DNA of 61,553 bases, the filler included, from Choristocarpus tenellus KU-1152 (taxonomy: Eukaryota > Protista > Phaeophyceae), in the NCBI GenBank assembly GCA_964200185.2. It is 11 parts of 11 records of this genome, joined end to end, with 100 filler letters (N's around TTAATTAATTAA, not from the genome) between each part and the next. Parts side by side here need not be neighbours in the genome. Positions count along the whole stretch, not along the records: positions 24,568 to 30,934 come from CAXNAD020008291.1; positions 31,035 to 44,464 come from CAXNAD020001496.1; 9 more parts are not named here. The stretch is one strand, 5' to 3'. Every line of letters begins with the position of its first letter. The stretch's first letter is position 1. Positions 25,524 through 36,100 of the stretch are shown piece after piece. The translations under genes and the position numbers were made by a program. The notes under the pieces were generated by a model, which saw nothing but the letters and a program-made list of their open reading frames with translations, had not been told where the DNA came from and made no database searches.

Positions 25524-26198
25524 TGTTACAACACGCTCCAGAACTCACCTCCACAGGATGTGCAACTCAAATCCAACGACCTGAAAACGACGCTATGGGG
25601 ACGTTGTCCTTGATAACAGTTTCTTGGATGTCAGAAGTTCTTCTCTCGATGCTTCATTCAGTGCTTAGCTTAAGCTGGACTTAATGTTTCACTCAAGATC
25701 AAAGAACTGAGACCCAAAATATCTGGTGGTGGGGAGAGTCTATACACCAGGATGTCCATTTTGGGCAAAATCAGGAAAAGTGCATTTACATTATCCATCC
25801 AATGCATGCAACCAAATCACCCAAAAATCGCGATATGAAAAAATTGACATCAATTGTACAGCCGCCACCCCCCCCCAGACACTTTGAGCCTGAAAGAGGG
25901 GTAATGGATCATGTCTAAAAGCTATTTTTTTTTATCATCCACTCGATTTCAATAGACTATAAGTTAAAAGAAATCTGCAAACCACTGTATACATACTCCA
26001 ATCATAAACCTTTATTCTGCGCCTTCTAGGAGTTTTAACGTTTCTTCTGTAAGGTTACGTATGCATTGCGAATCTCACTCTTCATCTTCTAAGAAATCAG
26101 CATTTATTCTATAAGGCTACCTATGTGCTGCTAATCTCATATAGTGCTCGCGCTTTTTAAAATTTGAGAAGAAATGCTCGCTCTATTCGCCTGTAACA
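25524..26198 (-). mobile_element. LTR family D copy 3, probably a 3' LTR on the minus strand
   Basis: TGTTACA...TGTAACA with no TSD. On the minus strand a GGGGGG PPT-like run lies 2 nt before TGTTACAGGCG. Interrupted by MITE B. Confidence 0.75.
25711..25890 (+). mobile_element. MITE family B inside the LTR
   Basis: GACCCAAAATATCTGG...CCAGACACTTTGAGCC; TSD TGA; absent from the other two LTR copies. Confidence 0.9.
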
Positions 26199-26959
26199 TG
26201 CCCCCCAGCGTGAACTAGCAGTACATGCTTTATGCTTACCACAGGCGATTGTCACCAGTGAAGGCAATAGATATCATCAATCATCTCAGATCATCCTGTG
26301 GCAAGGAGAAAGAAAGAAGAAAAAATACTTATCTCCTGCTAGGCTCAAAACATGTATCCTTATCTATTTGGAGAAATCTGTCTGCTAATCTGAGTATATA
26401 TGACTCTTTCTAAAGTACAGCTTCCCTAAGGTACCACGTATCATCTTATTATTGCCTGACTCATGTCCCCCATATTGCACGAAGCATATTGACGGCTGCT
26501 AGTGCGTAAAACAGGCAATAATATCAACATCAGCTATAACAAAAAAATGAGACAAGGGACAGAAACGAAGGACTGTAGAAAGTCAGAACAGAACAAAGAA
26601 TTAAGGGGATCATGTAGCTGGTCGGACAAAAAGAGGAGAAAAAAAAATGAAGCAAGGAATAGGGTTAAAAAAAATGGAAAAACAAAAACAAAAGAAAAAA
26701 AGATGAAATAAAAAAGAAAAAGAAAAGAAAAGTAGACCAAACACGGAATAAAGGGGGTCAGGTACCTCATATACGGAGATTAAAAAAATGAGAAAGAAGT
26801 AAAAATAATAAATAAAAAATGCATCTTATATTAATTACTGTCTGACCTGATGTTGGTTACTTCACGGTTCCAACTTCTGCTATCCTACGTTCATTGACCT
26901 GGGTAATAAGTATCATCCATGACCTTAGATCATGCTGCAGCAGTATGCATAATTGCCAT

Positions 26960-27100
26960 TTAGTAACATAGGGGCTTCAGTTCCGACTCTGCCAGTTGTT
27001 TCCAACATAGGGACTCCAGTTCCAACTCTGCCAGTTGTTTCCAACATAGAGAATCCAGTTCCGACTCTGCCAGTTGTCTCTAGCATAGGGACTCCAGCTA
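26960..27100. repeat. 39-bp minisatellite x3.5 (frame-preserving: NIGTPVPTLPVVS on +)
   Basis: Unit AACATAGGGACTCCAGTTCCAACTCTGCCAGTTGTTTCC. Confidence 0.9.
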
Positions 27101-29129
27101 CAAATGAACCCATGGATTCCAACAATGATCAACAAATCCCCTCGTTTCCTTTGAGAATGGATCCCCAAAAATTGTAAGGCACAGTCAAGATCAATATATG
27201 TCTGACCAGATATGAGTATATACTTTCATAAAAAATATAACTCCAACTAGGCCCAAACAGGGCAACAAATATCCTTGTTATCCTTAAGAAAATCTTTCCC
27301 AAGGGCCACAGAATACCATCAAAGTCAGTTTGCCCTTGACATAATCTGAGTATACATTTGCTCTTTCTGAAGCACACCTTCAAAATTTACAAAATATGTA
27401 TCTCTGATATGGCCTAGAATGAATGGGTCCCCAGTTCTGATCTCTCTAATCGCAAATGTGAAGAATTTATTAACGTTTCCTTCAAAGTGTCCATAAGGAC
27501 ACACTATACAATTTCCGTCAAATTGTGTCTGCCCTAATCCGAATATACAATTGTTTCTTCTGAACTGGACCTTCAAAAGTTACAAAGTACATAGCTCTGA
27601 TTAGGCCTATCATTAATGGGTCCTTCCGTTCCAATCTTCCCGGTTATAGATGCAAGTGCTATCAGGGGGTAGACTTACTCAACGGGATTCATGGCCTACT
27701 CGACATCTGATTGTTGCCTGTATGATGCCCCCCAAGCACAAAGCATACTCAAGGCTACTTACTAGTGCGCAAATCAGGCAATGACAAAAATTAAAATAAA
27801 TAAATAAATAAATAAGGGTCAATGAGAGCAATAAATTGTAATAATAATAAATGAAAGAGAGAAAAAATAATAAAAAAAGGAGTATAAATAGAAAGGAAAG
27901 GAAAATAATATGTGGATGATGAGGGAAACAAAGTGGAGACTGAATAAATAATAAATAAATAAAAGAACAAGAAAAAAAGTAAATAAGGACAGTAACTGAA
28001 AAAAAATGAAATTAAAAATCAAGGAATGATGGAATGAGAACTAAAAATAAAAAACATTGGAAGAACAGAAATAAGATAAAGAAGATATATGTATATAAAA
28101 TAGAAAATTCAAGATCACAGAGAGAAGTTAAAACATAGAAAAGAGGAAAATATATATATATAATAAAATAAAAAAGTAATGAGTTCGGTGCATATTTTTT
28201 CTAAGGATTTCAGCCTATACAACCGATATGTATTATTGTATTCTCTAATGTGGGCAGCTTCTTCATTCCAACTTCTGCTGTCTCATGTTCCTTTCAGTAA
28301 CGATGATTATCACTACTTTAACCTCTTGTTCTAGCATGTGTTTAAACGTAGGTTACTCATCTGTTTGTTCCTTGATACGATACAGTTCCACCAGCCAACA
28401 CTGTTGATTGATCTGTTACGTTCTAGACGTTACTTTCACTAGTTCATCATCACATCAACTACAATTGGTGCTTGCAACACCATGATTCCTCATCGCTCGT
28501 AGTCTACACATTTTGCTTACATGTACGATGCACTTGATTCAGATTTCAACAGGTTGTGAGCCTCAATACTGGATCAACACATACAACAACACATTTGACC
28601 GACCTTGTCTTGTACTTCCACCAACTACGCACTAGATAAACCCACTATACCGCCATGGAACGCAAGCTAACATCATCTATTTCCCATGGCGATGACTCTC
28701 CCTGAACCATGTTTGAACTCTGCTTCGTGAACACCTGGAGCTGTGTGGACCCTTCGGGACCAGCAAGTTTTGATCCAGCGCGCTTCTCGTTGTTTCACCA
28801 CTGCTACTCCATCTACCATCTCATACGAAGAAGTTGACGACCAGTTGTTATGCAGTCTCGTTACTACCTGCCACGGACCTGCGCAAGACCTTCACGGACT
28901 CCAGCAGGGGGCAATAATCCCGACCTGTGTCTCATGCACCCCCACAAGACTAAAAGCTGAGTCGGGGACCCCTCAGCCTTACTCCTACTGATCGTGCTCT
29001 CTACTGCAGCTACTGTCACCAACCTGGACAGCCCCTGCGCCATTTTCCAAACTGTCCTCCTGTCCCCACCTCACCACCACCCGATGCCCCCACCCCACCA
29101 CCAATTACGACCAAGCACACACTCACAAT

Positions 29130-29649
29130 GAGTGAAAGTATCTTAGAGGGTACGATTTTTGCCCTGTTTGTGAGCCAAAGTACCTTAGAGGGTAGGGCCG
29201 TGTCCATTTGAGGGCCAAAAGGCAATTGTGCCATTTGGATTTAATTTTGGCTATCGTGTTGTTAGGAAGTGTCGATATCCTTGTTGCGGACACACCTTTT
29301 CATAACGTATACATTTTACTTACTCCAAAACATTTTGGAGTAGGAAAATATCATTAAAAAAAAACATGGGAAGCCAAGCTCCAAATGGACAAGCAGGACA
29401 AAACTCATACCCTCTAAGATACTTTCACTCTGTCCGTTTGGGGCTTGGCTTCCCAAGAGGTTTTTAATGATATTTTTCTATTCTGAAATGCTTCAGAGTA
29501 GGTAAAATGTATACATTATGAAAAGGTATGTCTGGAACAAGGATATTGACAGTTCCTAACAACACGATAGCCAAAATTACATCAAAATTGCAACATTGGA
29601 TATTGACCCCCAAATGGACACGGTTCTACCCTCTAAGATACTTTGAATC
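29130..29649 (-). mobile_element. MITE family A (outer copy) carrying a nested copy
   Basis: GAGTGAAAGTATC at 29130, GATACTTTGAATC at 29649; flanks CAAT/CAGT. The outer sequence resumes exactly after the insert. Confidence 0.9.
29172..29430 (+). mobile_element. MITE family A nested in opposite orientation
   Basis: GAGCCAAAGTACCTTAG...CTAAGATACTTTCACTC; TSD TGT. Confidence 0.92.
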
Positions 29650-29689
29650 CAGTACAAGACACACCAATAACCGACCTCACCACAATAAT

Positions 29690-30130
29690 ACCTCACCCTG
29701 GCTGCACAGCTCCTCCCCTGGCTAATCCCTCCTGTCAAACACCCCACCCAACACCTCTTGTCACACCCTTTTTACCCCTCCCCATCCCATCAGTGCCCCC
29801 GGCATGGGGAACCTCCATCTCCCTACAAATTGGCAAGCCATCTTCACTGGACTGTTGCAGCAACACTCATCTCACCTGTCTCATTGTCCTTGATTGTCCT
29901 GCTGGTACCTGGTTCGAGCCGTCATTTGTGTCCTCCACCTGTGCTATGGCGACTACTGGCTGGACTACCGTGACTATCCACACCCACTTCTACTGAATTA
30001 CAATGGCCAGACACGGATTTCAGAGCTTGGACGCTTTATACTCCTTGGACTTCTCCCCGTGTCCCTCCCCCAACCCGCCACCTTCTCACCCACAACATTC
30101 CCACATCTGCCCTTCCGTCTTTACCTACGC
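29690..30130 (+). pseudogene. Possible Penelope-type GIY-YIG endonuclease remnant
   Basis: PGCTAPPLANPSCQT, DCCSNTHLTCLIVLDC and LCYGDY loosely follow the CxxC / TCxxxNVIYxIxC / YIGET order. Very degenerate. Confidence 0.2.
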
Positions 30131-30619
30131 ACTCCACCGACCAACTGACACCCTAAGCCCACCTGCCCTCCTGGTATCACCTACTCCCACCCCTACCCCA
30201 CTCACCTCTCCCAATGACCCTACGCCCCCACCAATCACACCTGTCCCTATAACATCCACCAAACTGTCATTACCATCCATACCATTTACCACCTCCATCA
30301 CCGCTCCCTAGCACTTCCAACAAACTCCACACTCAGGCACCCCTTTCACTCTGCCCACACCGCCGTCACAGACCCAGCCCTAACCACCTTACTTTCCAGG
30401 AGCCGCGCCCATGTCCGCACCACGTTACCACAACATCGACCACGTGTTCACAAGTCACTGCTCCACACATCACTTGTCCAAGACACATCCACACACACCA
30501 TCACTTGCCCAAGACCACCCCCGCACACACCATCGCTTGCCCAAGACCATCCCCATCCCCACACCACGTCACTTACCCAAGACCCCCCCACCACACACAC
30601 CACATCACCTGCCCAAGAC

Positions 30620-30817
30620 CCGCGAGCGACGCGCTCGTCGTTCGTTCGTTCGTTCGTTCGTTCGTTCGTTCTGCGACGTTGTTCCTGGGGCGGGCCCTGT
30701 TTTTTGCACGTCTCTTTCCCCGCGCGCCTGGTGTTTCCGCGTTGTCCGAGTCCGTGTGAGGGGCGTTCCTACCCGCGCTTTGGAAATGTCTTTTTGTTTT
30801 CGTGGTGCGGTGTGTTT
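30620..30817. repeat. CpG-rich insert with (TCGT)n microsatellite inside a C-rich CACTTGCCCAAGACC repeat array (approx. 30470-30934)
   Basis: Abrupt composition switch at 30620 and about 30817; GCCCAAGACC-type units on both sides. Confidence 0.7.
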
Positions 30818-31034
30818 ACCTACCCTCCAACACATCACACAACCTGCACAAGACCCCCACCCCCAACACATCATAGACCCTACTCAAGGCCCACCCCCCC
30901 CCCACGCACCACCGAACCTGCTCAAGACCCACCCNNNNNNNNNNNNNNNNNNNNNNNNNNNNNNNNNNNNNNNNNNNNTTAATTAATTAANNNNNNNNNN
31001 NNNNNNNNNNNNNNNNNNNNNNNNNNNNNNNNNN

Positions 31035-32752
31035 CTGGTCCCATATTAGGTCCCAACCCTTGCCCTTGTGGTAATCCAATCATGCCCCCTCCCATGCCCA
31101 TCATATCCACTGGTGGTCCCAGAGGCTGACCTTGCATCATCATAGGACCTGGACCTGGTTGAAATACATTCATGGCGACAACAAATAGTGGATATAAGAA
31201 AAAAAAGAAAAAACAGGGCAGAAGCATAAGCTGCTCTACCACACTGCAGGTACATGAACAAACAAAAATAGTAGGTATGGTTACCTGGACACGACTGAGA
31301 AGATTCTACAGGATTGACAGAAATAAGTGGACAGATTAAAGGGTTTTCATTTTGAAGGGATTTCAATTTTGCACACTTACCTCTACCCCTGAATGACCCT
31401 CTTCCGCCCTTCCACATGTCACCTTGATGATTAGGGCCACGATCGCGCCTGCTCAGTTAGGAAAGGACATTGATAGCATTTGTCAATATCAGCATTGATA
31501 GTGGACAGAAAAGAGACAGAAAAGATAAGCGCTGGCCACACCCTCTGTCCAACTGCCCAGTACATTTGATACTCTTAGTCCAGGTCATAACAATATGTTA
31601 CCTTCCACCCCTCCCTCGTCGGCCATCAAAGGAGTCGCTTCTTCCCTCACGCCTGTCACGCCTCTCCCTCTCCCTCATGGCTGAGTGGTCCCGATCGCGA
31701 TCCCGATCCCGATCCCTAGTCCGATCCGCATCCCTTCCCCTGTCACGGTCACCATTGTTTTCTCTGTCCCTTTCTCTTCCTCCATCACGATCCCGGTCTT
31801 TATCCCAGTCTCGGCCCCTGTCCCTATCTCTGTCCCTGTCCCTATCCCTGTCCCTGTCTCGGGCTCTGTCTCCATCTCGAGCCCGATCACTGTCCCGAGA
31901 CCTTTCCCCATCCCGGGTCCTATCCCTTTCCCTCTCCCTTGAACTACCCCGTTCTCTATCTCTGCCCCTGCCCCTACCCCGATCTCGGTTCCTGTCCCAA
32001 CCTCCATCTCTGTCTCTATTCCGGTCTTTGCTCCTCTCCCTGACTTCGGTCTGGTCCGCCGTACTTTCTTCACCGGTAGCCTTGTCACCCCTCTTGGCCT
32101 CACTGCCATCCTTTGCATCAGATGTCCCCTCATCGACAACTCGACTCTCACTCTTGCTCCTGGTAAGAGGGGGAAACAGGATTGGCTGTGTACACTCCAG
32201 GCATTCACAAGTTTTGGGACTTTTGTTGCAAATATCCATTGACCGCAACAAGGCAGTAAAGTTAAGATGAAATCATTTTTTCAATTCAATGCAATTGATC
32301 TGTCTTTCGGCGTAAGTCGATTTGCAAGTCACACGGTTAGTGCTATACCTGCTTCGCCCCCTCTTGTTTTTTCTCTTTTCACCATCAGAGTCGGATGCAT
32401 GGTCATTGTCGCTAAGATTCCCTTCAGAGTAGAGCTTGGTCTCGAAATCATCTGTACTGCCGATTACCTGGTCCATACATATATTTGAAATTGAAAAGAA
32501 TGTCAGAGCTTGTCAATCTTGTTGCTTGAAATGAGATGTGTTGACCGAGTCTTGTTGACTATGGGTATTTGAACTCGCCTGGTGACCTTCGTCTTCATTG
32601 ACACCATCTCCAACACCCTTAGCTGGTTCATCAGCACTAACTCCGATAGAAGTGCTAAGATCTCCGTTGTCCGAAGGTGGCAAGGTGTCCGCCTTGTCAT
32701 CCCCACCTGAATTGGCATCCTCGGCACCAGTCGCTGGTAAGTGTTCATCCAT
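31035..32752 (-). CDS. Arg/Asp(Glu)-dipeptide-rich, Gly/Pro/Met-rich low-complexity protein, 3' partial; composition typical of RNA-processing factors
   Basis: Exons 32752-32579, 32467-32349, 32159-31602, 31448-31381 and 31154-<31035 join in frame (phases 0, 2, 2, 1): MDEHLPAT...EGHQ|VIGS...RGRSR|SKSE...(RD)n...GRGGR|RDRGP...RGR|GPGPMMMQG. CTAAC branch site before 31449. Confidence 0.75.
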
Positions 32753-33126
32753 ATCTTGTGTTGGCGCACAATTTACACCCTCCAGAGAAGGTGATGCAAA
32801 CTGCAATGATTGTCGTGCGCAGGAAGGGGGATACCCTAGAGGCACCAACTACAATTCCTACCCTTTACACGTTGTGGTTTGAGGTTACTTCACCTGTGAG
32901 GTGAGATATTTTCCCTCCAGTTCAATAGCCATGGATGGCGTTTCTCTCTGTTATCGGTATGCTGATCGATATATATCTTCTTTGATCATTCCTCTCTCAC
33001 TTCATGACTTGCTTTGTACCGTCACTACTGTTGGGCTTGCAACAATTGGAACTTCCCAACTCATCTTCCCATTGTATCTTCACTACTAGTCTCTGCTTTG
33101 AAGTTGACTTGTCATAACGCCGAAAT
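32753..33126. promoter_or_regulatory. Probable bidirectional promoter / 5' UTRs between head-to-head genes
   Basis: Predicted start codons of two divergent genes are about 375 nt apart with no recognised repeat between them. Confidence 0.5.
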
Positions 33127-36100
33127 ATGGCTGGCCTTGATAACTTGGCACATGCGGCCTCTGCTCAGCCTCAAGCACACGAACCACCGCTTAGTATGAA
33201 CATGGGTGGGCGGCCATTGCTCTGGCGGTCACAGAGCAGGTAGGACAGAATGATACTTGGAACTCGCCTTCTCCCATGTCCTGGTTGCTGATGTCCCTCG
33301 CTTACCCCATGCCTCATCAGTGATATGGCTGGTCAACCGGCTTTCAATGGACGACCAGAGAGGAGCATTCCCTCTTCGGCGAAACCTGGAAGTTCCGAAT
33401 GGCAACGGTGAGACAATTTGAACTATGGATTGGCAAGCCAAGGGAAACAAGTTCCCGATAAGTCAATATTATGATACAGTCGCGTTCATCTAGCCTTAAC
33501 TTTGTTGTGATTAATGAAGCTTCTCCAATATTTGTGCAGGTGGTTAACGATAGAGGAGCGTCAACACATTCGACAAAAGATCCGGCAAGCCTACGTACAG
33601 ACCTGCCCTACCTACCAGGTATTGTCAGACATAACTCGCCCACGTATTAACATGACCATTGGTAGTGTTGTAATGTGTAGGTAATTAATGGTCTATGGCA
33701 TCATGTGCTGAGTCAATAAGCTGTTGTATGTCCTTGTTGACAAGCAAATTCTGTAATGGTATTTCATACTCTACCACCACCCACTGGCGACCTCATCTTG
33801 GCAGGAGCTTCTTGGCTGTGTGGTCGCTATCGAGGAGGAGTTCTTACACATCTCTGCGCCGTCCAGGTGCAGACCCTTCAAGAACTTTCTTATTCTGATA
33901 TTTTTGTTATTTGAAGCTTGAGGTTATTTTCTGCCCACTGTGCACGATTATTTGCTAATGAACAATGTGTCACACGTTATGCTCAATAGCTCTAAATAGG
34001 TGTGGGTCTTATTTTCTTGCTTCGTTTGTTGAATATAAGGTCAAAATTCACATCTACCCATTCACAACGATACTTAAAACACTTCGAGAGCATTTTTTTG
34101 AATATTTGAATTAGTTTTTTTAATCATCTTGTGCTGGCTGATGTTGATCACTTGAATGCTAAAATCAACAAAACTATCTGTGTGCAAAATCTAAGCCTAC
34201 ATGGCAAGAAGAACATGTTTTTTTTATCCACTCCAAAACAGAAATAAAAAATCCAAAATGACCATGAAACAGGATGTACTCACCAACAAATATAACAGAA
34301 GCATTCTAGGCTTCATTCTTATAAATAGTTTTTCAGTCAGGGTTTTTGACAACAGAACAGGTTTCTAGCATACAAGGTTCAAATGTGGCAACAAGGTTCA
34401 TTTTTTTTATTTAACATTTTTTCTTTTTATACTTGGATTGTCTGCATGTTCCTACATGACAATTCAACAAAAATACTTGGTTATTACACACATCCCCAGA
34501 CTGCATGCCATGGAGATAAATTTGAAAATTTGATTCTCAGTTTGTGGAGATTACAATTACAATTCAAATTGTGTCCAACTACGAATAGTTTTAATTTATT
34601 TCTTAACCAAGAGAAAAAATATATATTTGGCTTGTGTTTCTGGTTTCTCCTGTTGTGTATCATTTTCACAGTAGGTTAGCTTGCAATGCTTGTATTTGCT
34701 TGTGATGGAATTCCAGGGTTCAAGTTTGTGGGGAGTATGTAAGGTTTAACAAGTAAGTTAAAGTTGTCTGGTGTGTGAGTGCACAGGCTTACTTTTTCAG
34801 GCGCATATCCTTTTTTTTGCTTCTGCTTGGCAATGATTACTTTTCCGGACATCAATCCTATCAACCCCTTCCCAATTATTTACTCTCACTTTCATTGTGT
34901 GTAATTAAGGTGAATTCTCAGTGGATGCAGAAGTGCCTCCAATCTAGTGACTGTGATTAATCTTTGGATGAACTCAGTTTGTATGCTAGATGCCACAAAT
35001 TTCAAATTTCAATTAAGATATGCTCTCACCTGTAAGTTTTTTTGACCTGATAGGCTGGACTATTTCAAGAGTGGTGTGCAGTATGATAAGCGGGTGATCA
35101 AGAAGCGTAAGGAACTGGTAAGTGACTTTTTCAAGACTTTTTTTTTTCTTATGTCAAGAGTTGTGTTTTTTTTTCTTATGTGATATTACTCTCTGCACTA
35201 TCTTTTTATGGAACAATCAACTTGACCCGCGAGGACTGGGTTCCTCAGCATTTTGTTTTATGTTTGGTGTACGTTGATTTCAGCCCCTGTTTGGAGAAAT
35301 TATTGCTGTTTTCTGTCTAAAGTTGCTTACTTACCTATCCCTCAATAGCGAATTTTCTAGGTGTTCAATTCAAATTCATATATATATATACAGTCTTGTT
35401 GTTGGTCAGTTTTTCTTTTTGACAGATCAGACATGATCTACAAATCCCAATTTGTTGAAATAACCTTGTTGGTTAGCATCATGTACACATGATCTGTATA
35501 TAAATATACATATATATATGTCATTTTTATCAACATGTATAAATGATATATCTGCCCCTATGCGTCAAGATACGAAAATTGTGTATCATCATTGATCTGT
35601 CCTAGCTCATCTTCATATACAAGTCTTATGTTGTGGTTGAGTCAAAGTAAACAAGAGATACCCAGAGTTGCATTCTAAGGATGCTGACAAAGTGCAACAA
35701 TTGACTTTTTTACAAGTATGTGTATGGTATATTTTATTAAATGTGTCGTAAAGTATCAAACATTAGAGAAATCAACACTTTCAAGTCAAACTTGCCATTT
35801 TTTCATGATAGAAGAGAAGTATGGGTGAACTGCAAAATATTTTGAAAAACTGGCTTATTTCATATTTTATTACCCAATGTGAATAATGGTTTCAATTTGG
35901 TTAGACCTCCTGAAACGGCCAAGGAGATCAAATATTGTAGTACACCCCCAATATATTTGTTATAATAGCTATTGGAGTCGTTGGATATCAAGGATTTGCT
36001 TTGATTTGTCTATTAGAGGGGCTTAAAGACCCCGCTGACAACTCTTTTGTGCCAATGTAAATTGTGTATATTCCCTTCTTGATACTATCAGTGCCAATCA

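Noticed and set aside
26960-27100. 39-bp repeats (and the 57-bp repeats at 51921-52158) as CRISPR arrays
   Set aside because: Units are contiguous and similar over their whole length, with no unique spacers and no cas genes, in a eukaryotic context.
31470-32270. 266-aa + strand ORF rich in SRSLSL, and other overlapping ORFs
   Set aside because: Antisense or alternative-frame shadows of the (RD)n exon, which has the in-frame splice sites.
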